Shown here piece by piece: positions 8,032-18,749 of a stretch of DNA of 64,000 nt. The translations under genes and the position numbers were made by a program. The notes under the pieces were generated by a model. It was not told the DNA's origin. It was given only the letters and a program-made list of their open reading frames with translations, and made no database searches. Source of the DNA: Eubacterium sp. CAG:180 (GTDB taxonomy: Bacteria; Bacillota; Clostridia; Oscillospirales; CAG-272); the NCBI GenBank assembly GCA_963628215.1, contig CAVGEJ010000002.1, positions 4,620-68,619 on the forward strand. The letters run 5' to 3'. The first letter of the stretch is position 1. Each line of letters starts with the position of its first letter.

Positions 8032-10290
8032 TTACATGGATTCGTGAATCGTGCGCGAGATGACCTCGTCCTGCTGTTCGCGCGTCAGTTTATTGAAGCG
8101 GACAGCATATCCGCTGACGCGGATCGTCAGCTGCGGGTACTTTTCGGGGTGCTTCTGTGCGTCAAGCAGCATTTCCCGATTGAACACGTTGATGTTCAGA
8201 TGGTATCCGCCCGAGCGGACATAACCGTCGATCATATCCACAAGGTTTTCCGTGCGCTCCGCGTCGCTCCGTCCGAGCGAGGACGGCGTTGCGCTGAAGG
8301 TATTGGAAATCCCGTCCCGCGCATACTCATACGGCAGTTTTGCAACCGATTCCAACGACGCCAACGCGCCGTGGCTGTCTCTGCCGTGCATCGGGTTCGC
8401 GCCGGGTGCTAAAGGCTCTCCCGCGTGGCGACCGTCCGGGGTTGTTCCCGTCTTTTTCCCGTACACCACATTCGAGGTGATAGTCAGGATCGACATCGTA
8501 GGAATCGAGCCGCGATAGGTCTCGTGGGATGCGATCTTCTTCATAAAGGTTCGCACCAGTTCCACCGCAATCGAATCCGCGCGGTCATCGTTGTTGCCGT
8601 ACTTCGGGAAGTCGCCCTCGATGCGGAAATCGGTTACCAGTCCCTTTTCGTTGCGGATCGGATAGACCTTTGCGTAACGGATTGCGGACAGCGAGTCAAC
8701 CGCGCAGGAAAGTCCTGCGATTCCCGTAGCGAAGAAGCGGCGCACCTGCATATCGTGCAGTGCCATTTCCAACGCTTCGTAGGAATACTTATCGTGCATA
8801 TAGTGAATCAGGTTCAGCGTGTTGACATACAGCCCCGCGAGCCAATCCATCATGCAGTCAAACTTTTTCGTGACCTCCGCGTAATCCAGAGGTCCGTCCC
8901 CTTCAATCGGGCGGTATTCGGGCGAGACCTGCAGCGGCTCTCCCGTTTTCTTATCAAGCGTCAGTTCATCCCGCCCGCCGTTGATTGCGTATAGCAGGCA
9001 CTTTGCCAGATTTGCCCGCGCGCCGAAGAACTGCATATCTTTTCCGACCCGCATGCTGCTCACACAGCAGGCAATGCAATAGTCGTCGCCCATTTCGGGG
9101 AGCATCAGATCGTCACTTTCATACTGAATTGCGGAAGTTTTGACCGAAATCTCCGCGCAGAATTTCTTGAAGTTTTCGGGCAGACGCTCGCTCCAGAGCA
9201 CGGTCATGTTCGGTTCTGGCGCAGGTCCGAGGTTGACCAGTGTGTGCAGAATCCGGAAAGAGGTTTTGGTCACAAGAGGTCTGCCGTCGCATCCCATGCC
9301 GCCGATGGACTCGGTGATCCACGTCGGGTCGCCCGAGAACAGTTCGTTGTATTCCTTGGTGCGCATGAACTTGACAATCCGCAGCTTCATCACGAACTGG
9401 TCGATCAACTCCTGCGCGCCTTCCTCGGTCAGCGTTCCGTTTTCCATATCGCGACGGATATAGATATCAAGGAAGTTGGTGTTTCTGCCGATGCTCATTG
9501 CCGCGCCGTTCTGATCCTTGACCGCGCCCAGATAGCCGAAATACAACCACTGAACCGCTTCCTGCGCGTTCTCGGCAGGTTTTGAAATGTCACAGCCGTA
9601 TGCCGCCGCCATTTCCTTGAGCGCGTTCAGCGCGCGAACCTGCTCGGCAATTTCCTCGCGGTCGCGGATCTTCTCCGGGGTCATGTTCCCGTCGATCTGC
9701 GCCTTGTCCTCTTCCTTTTTGGCAATCAGATAATCCACGCCGTACAGCGCAACGCGGCGGTAATCCCCAACGATCCGTCCTCTGCCGTAGGCGTCGGGAA
9801 GTCCGGTCAGGATATGCGCGGTGCGCGCGCGCCGCATCTCGGGCGTATATGCGTCAAACACGCCGTCATTGTGCGTTTTGCGGTAGTTCTGATAGAAGGT
9901 CTCAACCTGCGGGTCGATCTCATAGCCGTACATCTTCAGCGACTGCTCCGCCATGCGAAGTCCGCCCGACAGATGCATCGGGCGCTTGAAGGGCTTGTCC
10001 GTTTGCAGACCGACAATTTTTTCAAGCGTTCTGTCCAGATATCCCGCCGCGTGACTGTTAACCGTCGAAACGATGGTATTGTCTGCGTCGAGAACGCCGC
10101 CCGCCGCCTGTTCTTTCTCGGACAGCTCCAGAATTTCATTCCAGAGCGTGACCGTTGCCGCTGTCGGTCCTGCAAGAAAAGATCCGTCGCCCGTATACGG
10201 GGTATAATTGCGCTGAATGAAATCGCGCGTGTCAATCTCTCCGTTGCTCCATTTTCCGGGAAGAAATCCCTGCCAAGCCTTACTGTTCAT
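8032..10290 (-). CDS. pflB: formate C-acetyltransferase (pyruvate formate-lyase)
   Basis: Glycyl-radical motif RVSGYAVRF near the C-terminus and active-site CCVS. ATG at 10290 after GGAGAA. About 752 aa. Confidence 0.95.
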   Translation of the reverse strand: MNSKAWQGFLPGKWSNGEIDTRDFIQRNYTPYTGDGSFLAGPTAATVTLWNEILELSEKEQAAGGVLDADNTIVSTVNSHAAGYLDRTLEKIVGLQTDKPFKRPMHLSGGLRMAEQSLKMYGYEIDPQVETFYQNYRKTHNDGVFDAYTPEMRRARTAHILTGLPDAYGRGRIVGDYRRVALYGVDYLIAKKEEDKAQIDGNMTPEKIRDREEIAEQVRALNALKEMAAAYGCDISKPAENAQEAVQWLYFGYLGAVKDQNGAAMSIGRNTNFLDIYIRRDMENGTLTEEGAQELIDQFVMKLRIVKFMRTKEYNELFSGDPTWITESIGGMGCDGRPLVTKTSFRILHTLVNLGPAPEPNMTVLWSERLPENFKKFCAEISVKTSAIQYESDDLMLPEMGDDYCIACCVSSMRVGKDMQFFGARANLAKCLLYAINGGRDELTLDKKTGEPLQVSPEYRPIEGDGPLDYAEVTKKFDCMMDWLAGLYVNTLNLIHYMHDKYSYEALEMALHDMQVRRFFATGIAGLSCAVDSLSAIRYAKVYPIRNEKGLVTDFRIEGDFPKYGNNDDRADSIAVELVRTFMKKIASHETYRGSIPTMSILTITSNVVYGKKTGTTPDGRHAGEPLAPGANPMHGRDSHGALASLESVAKLPYEYARDGISNTFSATPSSLGRSDAERTENLVDMIDGYVRSGGYHLNINVFNREMLLDAQKHPEKYPQLTIRVSGYAVRFNKLTREQQDEVISRTIHESM

Positions 10291-11042
10291 ATGTTCTCCT
10301 TTTTTCGGCTTGCCGTGGTACATCCCGGATCGCCAATGAGTATTTTTTCTGCCCGCTTTACCGCCTCCGCGTCGGGAGTCTGCGTACTTCCGAGCGGGTA
10401 CGGAAGTTGCAACGCTTCATATTTGCTCTTGCCCAAGGTGTGATACGGAAGCACCTCCACGCGTTCCACGGTGGAAAGGCTGTCGATCCACTGCCGTGTT
10501 TTCTGCAGATCCGTTTCGCGGTCTGTCCACCCGGGAACAAGAACCTGACGAATCCACATCGGAATTCCCTCACGTGAGAGCCGTTCCGCAAACGCAAGCA
10601 TGGCGGCGTTCCCATGCCCCGTCAGGCGGCGGCAGACCCCGTCGTCAATGTGCTTGATGTCAAGCAGAACCAGATCGGTCACCCCAAGCAATGCGTCATA
10701 GCGGCTGTCCCCCGCCCGGTAAGGCGCGCCCGATGTGTCAAGCGCGGTGGAGATTCCCTCCGCCTTCAGCCGACCGAACAACTCGCAAAGAAAGTCGGGT
10801 TGCAAAAGCGGTTCTCCGCCGCTCGCGGTAAAGCCCCCGCGCCTGCCGAAATAGTTGCGGTATCGGACAACCTCCCCCACAATCTCCTCTGCGGAAACGG
10901 TTCTGCCGCCGCATGGATTCCATGTATCGGGGTTGTGACAATACAGACATCTCAGCCCGCATCCCTGCAGGAACAGGACAAACCGCAAACCGGGACCGTC
11001 CGCCGCGCCGAGTGTTTCATAGGAATGAATGCGACCCGTCAT
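10287..11042 (-). CDS. pflA: pyruvate formate-lyase activating enzyme (radical SAM)
   Basis: ATG at 11042 after AAGGAGGG. CxxxCxxC cluster [15 protein letters not shown]. The stop overlaps the pflB start (ATGA). Confidence 0.93.
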   Translation of the reverse strand: MTGRIHSYETLGAADGPGLRFVLFLQGCGLRCLYCHNPDTWNPCGGRTVSAEEIVGEVVRYRNYFGRRGGFTASGGEPLLQPDFLCELFGRLKAEGISTALDTSGAPYRAGDSRYDALLGVTDLVLLDIKHIDDGVCRRLTGHGNAAMLAFAERLSREGIPMWIRQVLVPGWTDRETDLQKTRQWIDSLSTVERVEVLPYHTLGKSKYEALQLPYPLGSTQTPDAEAVKRAEKILIGDPGCTTASRKKENI

Positions 11043-11187
11043 ACCTTCGCCCTCCTTTCGCACCACGTAAATCGCTTTTTCGGTGTGCGTATAGTATACC
11101 ATATTTATGGGCTGTTGTATGTTGGGATCACAACATCTTGTGCTTTTTACGAAAAAAAGCGCGAAAATCGTCAGAACAGACAAAAAA

Positions 11188-12210
11188 TCAGCGCTGAACC
11201 CTTCCGTTTGCGTTGCCTTTGGCAAGCGCGTTGACCTCCTGAACGGTCGTGGGGTTGTAATCTCCCTCAATTGAGTGCTTCAGACAGCTTGCCGCCGCCG
11301 CAAAATGCACCGCATCGGCAGGAGTCTGCCCCTGCCGCAGGGCATAAATCAGTCCCGCCGCAAACGCGTCTCCGCCGCCCACACGGTCAACAATTTCTAT
11401 GCGGTACTTTTCGGAAGCGGAAAGCGTTTTTCCGTCCCACAGCTTCGCGCAGAAGCTGTTGACCTCCGCCGAAATTGTCCGCCGCTCGGTCAACGCAATC
11501 ATGCGCAGGTGCGGATAGAGCGCCTGCAGGCTCTGCGCCAGTGCAAGATACCCCCGGTCGGTCACATCGTCGCCGCTGATCTCCCCGGCAGGTACGCGAA
11601 CACCGAACAGGTCGCCCGCCTGATTCTCGTTTGTAATCAGCACGTCCACATACGGCAGATACCGTCCCATCGCTTCCGCCGCCGCTTCCACGCTCCACAG
11701 CTTGGCGCGGTAGTTGGGGTCGAACGAAACCGTCATGCCGCGCTTCTTCGCCTCTTTACACGCCGCAAGACTTGCCGCCGCCACACCGTCGCCCAGCGCG
11801 GGCGTGATGCCCGTCAGGTGAAACCAGTCTGCGCCGTCAAAGATGTTCGCCCAGTCAAATTCCCCCGCGCCTGCCTGCGCGATTGCCGAGTCTGCGCGGT
11901 CGTAGACCACCTTGGAGGGTCTTTGCGAAGCGCCGCGCTCCATGTAATAAGTGCCCATCCGTGCGCCGCCGCGCACGATATGTCGGGTTTCCACGCCCCA
12001 CGCGCGCAGGCTGTTGATTGCCGCCTGCGAGATGTCGTTCTCCGGCAGTTTGGTCACGAATTCCGCTTCCTCGCCCATGCAGGCAAGCGAAACCGCCACA
12101 TTCGCCTCAGCGCCGCCGAAGGTGACCTCCAACGACCTTGCCTGCACCAACCGCTCATGCGCGGGCGGGGTCAGGCGCATCATGATCTCTCCGAATGTTA
12201 CGACCTTCAT
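11188..12210 (-). CDS. kdgK: 2-dehydro-3-deoxygluconokinase (PfkB family)
   Basis: 340 aa. MKVVTFGEIMMRLTPP N-terminus and PfkB C-terminal motif DRVGGGDAFAAG. Confidence 0.85.
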   Translation of the reverse strand: MKVVTFGEIMMRLTPPAHERLVQARSLEVTFGGAEANVAVSLACMGEEAEFVTKLPENDISQAAINSLRAWGVETRHIVRGGARMGTYYMERGASQRPSKVVYDRADSAIAQAGAGEFDWANIFDGADWFHLTGITPALGDGVAAASLAACKEAKKRGMTVSFDPNYRAKLWSVEAAAEAMGRYLPYVDVLITNENQAGDLFGVRVPAGEISGDDVTDRGYLALAQSLQALYPHLRMIALTERRTISAEVNSFCAKLWDGKTLSASEKYRIEIVDRVGGGDAFAAGLIYALRQGQTPADAVHFAAAASCLKHSIEGDYNPTTVQEVNALAKGNANGRVQR

Positions 12211-12803
12211 CCGATCACCTCCCGAATCTTCCTGCAGTTTTCGCGAATGTCACCCTTCATCATGAAGCTGCCGCCAACCGCGACAATCTTATCGCACGCA
12301 AGGTATTCCGCAAGGTTGCCGAGATCCACGCCGCCCGTGGGCAGGAATTTCACCTGCGGGAACGGAGCAGACAGCGCCTTGATGCTTGCAAGCCCGCCGT
12401 AAACGTTTGCGGGGAAGAATTTCACGGTTGTAATGCCGAGTTCAAGCGCCGCCATGATTTCGGTCGGCGTCACGCACCCGGGATAATACGGGATTCCCGC
12501 CGCGCGGCAGACCTCCGCCACGCCTGCGCTCAGCCCCGGGGAAACCACAAATTCCGCCCCCGCCGCAAGCGCGGTCTTTGCCTGTTCCGCGTTGATCACA
12601 GTTCCCGCACCGATGTGCATCTCGGGAAACCGCTCCCTGCCGATGCGGATCGCCTCCGCCGCGCAGAGGGTGCGGAAAGTAATCTCCGCCGCAGGGATTC
12701 CACCGTCGCGGAGGGCTTCCAGTGTCGGGACGGTTTCCGGGATATCACGGATAACCACCACGGGAATGACCCGCACTTCATCCGTCAGATTCTGCTTTTT
12801 CAT
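12207..12803 (-). CDS. eda: KDPG / 4-hydroxy-2-oxoglutarate aldolase
   Basis: Eda family (VIPVVVIRD, GAGTVIN, KFFPA). ATG at 12803 after AGGAG. 4-nt overlap with kdgK. Confidence 0.85.
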   Translation of the reverse strand: MKKQNLTDEVRVIPVVVIRDIPETVPTLEALRDGGIPAAEITFRTLCAAEAIRIGRERFPEMHIGAGTVINAEQAKTALAAGAEFVVSPGLSAGVAEVCRAAGIPYYPGCVTPTEIMAALELGITTVKFFPANVYGGLASIKALSAPFPQVKFLPTGGVDLGNLAEYLACDKIVAVGGSFMMKGDIRENCRKIREVIG

Positions 12804-12869
12804 GTACAAAATACTCCTTTTCCGACGAAAACGGCTGTCAAAGCAGCCGTTTTCGGATATGTAATTGTT

Positions 12870-14021
12870 TCAGTTCTGATCTTCGAATTCGATCTTCATC
12901 TGCGACGCCTGCGCACTGCGATGCTTGTCCATTAGGGTCTGAATCCGCTTGACGGGGTTCAGAAGCGCGCTGATGGTTTCGTCGTTGTTGAGCGTGTCGA
13001 TCAGGTACGCCACATACTTGCACATATTGACTTCCACATACCACGGCTTGGAGGCAAGCTCGGGGCGGCGGTAGGTCAGGTTGGTGGTAAAGACCTTGTC
13101 AAACACCTTTTCGGCGGCGGCTTGGTCGAACTTGTCGCAACCGTCGGTGAACAGACCGAAGGTGGCAAAGCAGAACACGCGGTTTGCGCCCTTTTCCTTC
13201 AGCTGACGGCAGACATCGATCATGGATTCGCCGGACGAAATCATATCGTCCACCACAATCGCGTCTTTTCCGTGCAGATCCTGTCCGAGGTACTCATGTG
13301 CCTCGATCGGGTTTCTGCCGTTGATGACAATCGAATAGTTGCGGCGCTTGTAGAACATACCGATGTCCAGTCCGAGCACCGAAGAGTAGTACATACACCG
13401 CGACATTGCACCTTCGTCGGGAGAGATGATGACCATGTGATCCTTGTCGATCTGCACGTCGGGAACTGCCCGCACCAGTGCCTTAATCATCTGGTAGGTG
13501 GGCTGTACGTTGTCAAAGCCCGAAAGCGGAATCGCGTTGCAGATGCGCTGATCGTGCGCGTCGAAGGTCAGGATGTTCGAAACGCCCATATGAACCAGTT
13601 CCTGCAGCATCATCGCGCAGTCCAGAGACTCTCTGCCGCTGCGCTTGTGCTGTCTGCCCTCGTAGAGCATCGGCATGATGACCGTAATCCGTCTTGCCTT
13701 GCCCTCGATTGCCGCAATGATGCGCTTGAGGTCTGCGAAATGCTCGTCGGGACCCATCGGGACGGTCATACCGTACATCTTGTAAGTCACGCCGTAGTTA
13801 AAGGTATCGCAGATGATGAAAATGTCCTTGCCGCGCATGGACTCGTGGAGCACTGCCTTGCCCTCGCCCGAGCCGAACCGCAGGCACTCCGCGTTGATAA
13901 CGAAAGTCCCGTCTCCGCCGTGTCTGCGCCAGTCCCGCAGATAGTAGTCCACCTGCGAGGTGAACTTCTCACAGCCCTTCATTCCGATCACGCCAAGCTC
14001 TCCGCAACGATTGTCCTTCAT
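12870..14021 (-). CDS. ribose-phosphate pyrophosphokinase family protein (long paralogue)
   Basis: PRPP-binding loop AIVVDDMISSGES and Prs N-domain motifs. ATG at 14021 after GGAGG. About 383 aa, longer than classical Prs. Confidence 0.8.
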   Translation of the reverse strand: MKDNRCGELGVIGMKGCEKFTSQVDYYLRDWRRHGGDGTFVINAECLRFGSGEGKAVLHESMRGKDIFIICDTFNYGVTYKMYGMTVPMGPDEHFADLKRIIAAIEGKARRITVIMPMLYEGRQHKRSGRESLDCAMMLQELVHMGVSNILTFDAHDQRICNAIPLSGFDNVQPTYQMIKALVRAVPDVQIDKDHMVIISPDEGAMSRCMYYSSVLGLDIGMFYKRRNYSIVINGRNPIEAHEYLGQDLHGKDAIVVDDMISSGESMIDVCRQLKEKGANRVFCFATFGLFTDGCDKFDQAAAEKVFDKVFTTNLTYRRPELASKPWYVEVNMCKYVAYLIDTLNNDETISALLNPVKRIQTLMDKHRSAQASQMKIEFEDQN

Positions 14022-14162
14022 AAATGCCTCCAAAATATGTTTTTCTCTCGGAATCACCCTACAGCGATTCCTTTATGCCCTTGTATTCCGCGTGCGGCAG
14101 ACCCGTACACGGTTCGGCAGGTTTGTATTCGCCGAATCGGAAAGACCGGAGTCCTTCCGCAT

Positions 14163-15638
14163 TTACCGATAAAGTGTACAGATTCTGCCGTATGCTTCGT
14201 CCCACATATTCCGGTCGGTGGTCGGAAGATACTGTTGTCTGTCAAAGGATGCCGCCACAACGCAACGTGCGTCGGAAAGCCCCGACACCTCGCCCGCCGC
14301 CATCAGCTGCATCATCAGGTTTCCGATTGCGGTTGCCTCTTCAGGTCCTGCGCAAACGGGAATTCCGCAGGCGTCCGCGGTCATCTGGGAGAGGAAACGA
14401 TCCTTCGTTCCGCCGCCCACAACGTGAATGACCTTTGCCCGTCTGCCCATCAGCTCCATCACCCGCTCGGCAACCGAACGGTACTTGAGCGCCAGACTTT
14501 CATAGATGCAACGGACGACCTCGCCCACCGTTTCCGGTACGGGCTGACCCGTTCTGCGGCAGAAATCGCGGATCTTCTCCGGCATATTGCCGGGGGTCGC
14601 GAAATCGGGCGCGTCCACGTCGATCAGACTGCGGAACGCGGGGCTTTCCTTTGCCCACGCTTCCATCTGCGCAAAGCTGTAGTCCTTCCCCTCTCGCTTC
14701 CACTGTCTGCGGGACTCCTGAATGATCCAGAGTCCCATAATATTTTTAAGGAAGCGGATCGTGCCGCAAGCGCCGCCCTCATTGGTAAAGTTCGCCGCGC
14801 GGCTCTCGTCGCTGATGAGCGGCTCGGGCAGTTCAGTCCCCATGAGAGACCATGTTCCGCTGCTGATATACAGGAAGTCCTTTTCCTCGGTCGGAACTGC
14901 AATGACCGCGCTTGCCGTATCGTGCGAAGCAACCGTCAGCACACGGGCGTCGGTCTTTCCCGTCTCGCTCTGCACCTGCGGCAGGAGCGTTCCCATGTCC
15001 GTTCCGGGCTTGACAACCGAACCGAACAGCCGTCTCGGAATGCCGAGGCGGTCGAGCAGATCCCATGCGTAGTCGCGCTTTTTCGCGTCCAGAAGCGCGC
15101 CCGTGGAAAGGATGGTGTATTCGTTTGCCATATTTCCCGTAAGGAAGTAGTTGAGCAGATCGGGAATGTTGAGCATCCGCTCGGCAAGCGCCAACCGCTC
15201 GGGCGCTTCCGCCTGTTCCACCGCCAACTGATAGACGGTGTTGAAGTTCAGCGTCTGGATGCCCGCCGTGGCGTACAGTTCCTCTGCGGGAATCACGCGA
15301 TTGACCAACGCCTGCGCGCCGTCGGTTCTGCCGTCGCGGTAATGGACGGGATTTCCGAGAAGCCGACCGTTGCGGTCGAGCAGACCGTAGTCCACGCCCC
15401 AGGTATCAATGCCGATTGACGAGACCTTGTCCCCGTCCAGAACGGTTTTCTGAACCGAAAGCTTGATCTCGTGAAAAATTCTGAGAATATCCCAATAAAG
15501 CCTGCCGCAAAGATTGACCGGGTCGTTTGAGAACCGATGATTTTCGCGCAGGCTGAGTTTATTTCCGTCGAACGACCCGACAATTCCCCGTCCGCTTGAA
15601 GCGCCGAGGTCGATTGCGAGCATTCTGCGTTCTGCCAT
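14163..15638 (-). CDS. rhaB: FGGY-family carbohydrate kinase, rhamnulokinase-like
   Basis: ATG at 15638 after GGAGG. LAIDLGASSGRGIVG and GIDTWGVDYGLLD N-domain, HVVGGGTKD C-domain. Confidence 0.7.
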   Translation of the reverse strand: MAERRMLAIDLGASSGRGIVGSFDGNKLSLRENHRFSNDPVNLCGRLYWDILRIFHEIKLSVQKTVLDGDKVSSIGIDTWGVDYGLLDRNGRLLGNPVHYRDGRTDGAQALVNRVIPAEELYATAGIQTLNFNTVYQLAVEQAEAPERLALAERMLNIPDLLNYFLTGNMANEYTILSTGALLDAKKRDYAWDLLDRLGIPRRLFGSVVKPGTDMGTLLPQVQSETGKTDARVLTVASHDTASAVIAVPTEEKDFLYISSGTWSLMGTELPEPLISDESRAANFTNEGGACGTIRFLKNIMGLWIIQESRRQWKREGKDYSFAQMEAWAKESPAFRSLIDVDAPDFATPGNMPEKIRDFCRRTGQPVPETVGEVVRCIYESLALKYRSVAERVMELMGRRAKVIHVVGGGTKDRFLSQMTADACGIPVCAGPEEATAIGNLMMQLMAAGEVSGLSDARCVVAASFDRQQYLPTTDRNMWDEAYGRICTLYR

Positions 15639-15708
15639 AGTGTTTCCTCCGTTGTCGGATTCGTTCTCCGACGTTCTATCCATATTATATCATTCTCTGA
15701 AAATGATG

Positions 15709-16350
15709 TCAAGTGTTTTTTCTGCTTTTTTCCGCGAAAGACAGACAATATCCGACCCCGCGCACACTTTCAACCGTTGTCCCGATTCCCGCCTCGCGCA
15801 GTTTTTTTCGGATTCCGCAGATATAGACCGCAGTCCCGCCCGCCGACGGGCAGTCGGTCACGGCTTCCAGTGCGGCTTTTGTGACCGCCTTTCCTTTGGC
15901 TTCAAGCAGCAGCGCCGTCATCCGCCGCTCGGTCGGGGTCAGCGGGACTGTGACAGCCCCGCATACCAAGCCGATTTCGGTCAGCGAAAGAACCTCCCCC
16001 GCCGTTGCCTGCTCCGTCCCGCTCCCGGGCGCGGCGGCGCGCACGGACAGGTGCGCCAACACCTCCTGTCGCAACAGGCTCATGCGGAACGGGCGGCGCA
16101 GAATCATGGCGCATCGCCGTGCGTCGGCGTCTGCGGAAAGCGCGGGCAGACGGCTGAACCCGATCAGGTAGCCGTAGTTTCCCCCGGTCGGAATCTCCGC
16201 GCTGTCAAGGTCGACAATCGCGACTTCCGCGCCGTCGGAATCCGCCTTCTGTTCTGTCCGCACCGTCAGCTGCCACGCCTCAAGTTCCAACTGCAACAGC
16301 CTTGCAAAACGGTCGTCCGCCGAGAGAACGGCAACCTGCGGGCGGCTCAT
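15709..16350 (-). CDS. OmpR/PhoB-type winged-helix regulator with a short, degenerate receiver domain
   Basis: 213 aa. C-terminal Trans_reg_C-like (LTPTERRMTALLL...VRGVGYCL). N-terminal receiver-like about 95 aa. ATGA overlap with the leuS stop. Confidence 0.7.
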   Translation of the reverse strand: MSRPQVAVLSADDRFARLLQLELEAWQLTVRTEQKADSDGAEVAIVDLDSAEIPTGGNYGYLIGFSRLPALSADADARRCAMILRRPFRMSLLRQEVLAHLSVRAAAPGSGTEQATAGEVLSLTEIGLVCGAVTVPLTPTERRMTALLLEAKGKAVTKAALEAVTDCPSAGGTAVYICGIRKKLREAGIGTTVESVRGVGYCLSFAEKSRKNT

Positions 16351-18749
16351 TTCACCACAAGATTCACGATCTTGTTCGGAACGGAAATTTCCTTGATCAC
16401 CGTTTTACCTTCCAGTTGCGCCGCAATCTTCGGGTCGGCTTTCGCAAGCGCGATTGCCTCCTCCTTCGGGCAGTTGAGGGGCAGCGACACCGTTCCGCGA
16501 ACCTTGCCGTTGACCTGCACCGCCACCTCGACCGTGCTGTCAACCGTTTTCGCCTCGTCCCATTCCGGCCACGGCGCAAGCGAGCAGAAGCCCTTGCCGC
16601 CCAGTGCCGCCCACATTTCCTCCGCCAGATGCGGCGCGAACGGGCAGATCAGGCGAACCAGAGCGGAAAGCTGATCCTTTGTCAGGCTTCCAACCTCGTA
16701 GATTTCGTTCAACAGGCTCATCATCGCGGCAATCGCGGTGTTGAACTTCAGTTCCTCGATATCCTCGGAGACCTTCTTCACGGTCTTGTGGAAAGAGGTT
16801 TCCAGTTTGGCGCTTCCGCCGTCCGGGCGCACCAGATCGGTCAGATCCGCAATGCGCTCCAGAAACCGCTTACACCCCTTCATGGAGCTTTCGTTCCACG
16901 GCGCGGCGCTTGCATAGTCGCCCATAAAGAGGACGTAGGTGCGCAGAACATCCGCGCCGTAAACGTCCACCACATCGTTCGGGTCTACGACATTGCCCTT
17001 GGACTTCGACATTTTCTCGCCGTCCGGTCCGAGAATCAGCCCCTGCGCCGTCCGCTTTGCGTAAGGCTCGTCGCAAGGCACTACGCCGATGTCATAAAGG
17101 AATTTATACCAGAAGCGCGAATAGATCATGTGGCGCGTGACGTGCTCCATGCCGCCGTTGTACCAGTCAACGGGAAGCCAGTACTTCAGTTTGTCGGGAT
17201 CTGCCAGAGCCTTGTCGTTGTGCGGGTCGATATAGCGCAGGAAGTACCACGACGACCCTGCCCACTGCGGCATGGTGTCGGTCTCGCGCTTGGCGTCTCC
17301 GCCGCACTTCGGGCACTTGCAGTTGACAAACGACGGAAGCTTTGCAAGCGGACTTTCCCCGCCCTCGCCCGGCTCGAAACTGTCCATTTTCGGCAGTTTC
17401 AGCGGGAGTTCGTCATACGGCACGGGAACCATGCCGCACGTCGGGCAGTGCACAATCGGAATCGGCTCACCCCAGTAGCGCTGACGGTTGAACGCCCAGT
17501 CCTTCATCTTGTACTGCACGCCCGCCTCGCCGATGCCGTTTTCGGTCAGGTACTCCAGCATCCGCGCGATGGAATCCTTCTTATTGGTATAGCCGTTGAG
17601 GAAATCCGAGTTGACCATCTCGCCGTCGCCCGCGTAGGCGGCTTTGGTCACATCTCCGCCGCGAATGACCTCGACGATATCGATGCCGAACTTCTTCGCA
17701 AACGCCCAGTCGCGCTCGTCGTGTGCGGGAACTGCCATGATCGCGCCTGTTCCGTATCCCATCATCACGTAATCCGAGATGTAGATCGGAATCTCCGTGC
17801 CCGACACGGGATTGACCGCCGTCAGCCCCTCGATGCGCACACCCGTCTTGTCCTTGACCAGTTGCGTCCGCTCGAATTCGGTCTTTTTCGCGCAGTCCTC
17901 ACGGTAAGCGTCAAGCGCCGCAATGTTCGCGATGCGGTCGCGGTACTTCTCGATCACGGGATGCTCGGGCGCGATGACCATGAAGGTCACGCCGAACAGC
18001 GTGTCGGGACGGGTGGTATAAATGCGCAGTTTCTCTTCCGTTCCCTTCAGCGGGAAGTTGACATAAGCGCCCGTCGACTTTCCGATCCAGTTGACCTGTT
18101 GCTGCTTGATGTTGGGCAGGTAATCCACGCGATCCAGACCTTCCAACAGCTTGTCCGCATATTCGGTGATGCGCAGATACCAGACGGTCTTGGACTTCTG
18201 CACAATCTCACTGTGGCAGATGTCGCAACGCCCGCCCTGCGAATCCTCGTTCGACAGCACCACCTTACAGCTTGGACAATAGTTGACCAGCGCCGTATCG
18301 CGGAACACCAATCCCTTTTCGAACATCTTAAGGAAAATCCACTGCGTCCAACGGTAATAGTCCTCTTCCGTGGTATCGATCACGCGGTCCCAATCGAAGG
18401 AGAACCCGACTCGTTTGAGCTGAGAGGTAAATCTTGCAATGTTCTTGTCGGTTACCTGCCGCGGGTGGATGCCGGTTTTGATGGCGTAGTTCTCGGTGGG
18501 AAGCCCGTATGCGTCAAAGCCGATGGGAAACAGCACGTTGTAGCCCTGCATCCGCCGCTTGCGCGAAACGACCTCCAGCCCCGAATATGCCTTGATATGT
18601 CCGACGTGCATTCCCGCGCCCGAGGGGTACGGAAACTCGACCAGTGTGTAGTACTTGGGCTTTTCGCTGTTGCCCTCGGCATGAAAAACGTCGGCTTCTT
18701 CCCACTTCTTTTGCCATTTCGGCTCGATCTCTCTGAAATCGTATTTCAT
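16347..18749 (-). CDS. leuS: leucine--tRNA ligase
   Basis: 800 aa. HVGH (HIGH) and KMSKS motifs, with the full class Ia architecture. Confidence 0.97.
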   Translation of the reverse strand: MKYDFREIEPKWQKKWEEADVFHAEGNSEKPKYYTLVEFPYPSGAGMHVGHIKAYSGLEVVSRKRRMQGYNVLFPIGFDAYGLPTENYAIKTGIHPRQVTDKNIARFTSQLKRVGFSFDWDRVIDTTEEDYYRWTQWIFLKMFEKGLVFRDTALVNYCPSCKVVLSNEDSQGGRCDICHSEIVQKSKTVWYLRITEYADKLLEGLDRVDYLPNIKQQQVNWIGKSTGAYVNFPLKGTEEKLRIYTTRPDTLFGVTFMVIAPEHPVIEKYRDRIANIAALDAYREDCAKKTEFERTQLVKDKTGVRIEGLTAVNPVSGTEIPIYISDYVMMGYGTGAIMAVPAHDERDWAFAKKFGIDIVEVIRGGDVTKAAYAGDGEMVNSDFLNGYTNKKDSIARMLEYLTENGIGEAGVQYKMKDWAFNRQRYWGEPIPIVHCPTCGMVPVPYDELPLKLPKMDSFEPGEGGESPLAKLPSFVNCKCPKCGGDAKRETDTMPQWAGSSWYFLRYIDPHNDKALADPDKLKYWLPVDWYNGGMEHVTRHMIYSRFWYKFLYDIGVVPCDEPYAKRTAQGLILGPDGEKMSKSKGNVVDPNDVVDVYGADVLRTYVLFMGDYASAAPWNESSMKGCKRFLERIADLTDLVRPDGGSAKLETSFHKTVKKVSEDIEELKFNTAIAAMMSLLNEIYEVGSLTKDQLSALVRLICPFAPHLAEEMWAALGGKGFCSLAPWPEWDEAKTVDSTVEVAVQVNGKVRGTVSLPLNCPKEEAIALAKADPKIAAQLEGKTVIKEISVPNKIVNLVVK

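Noticed and set aside
13122-15419. 765-aa ORF on the plus strand
   Set aside because: It is antisense to the well-supported prs-family and rhamnulokinase genes. The translation is low-complexity and R/H/A-rich with no motifs, which is the typical shadow ORF of a GC-rich genome.
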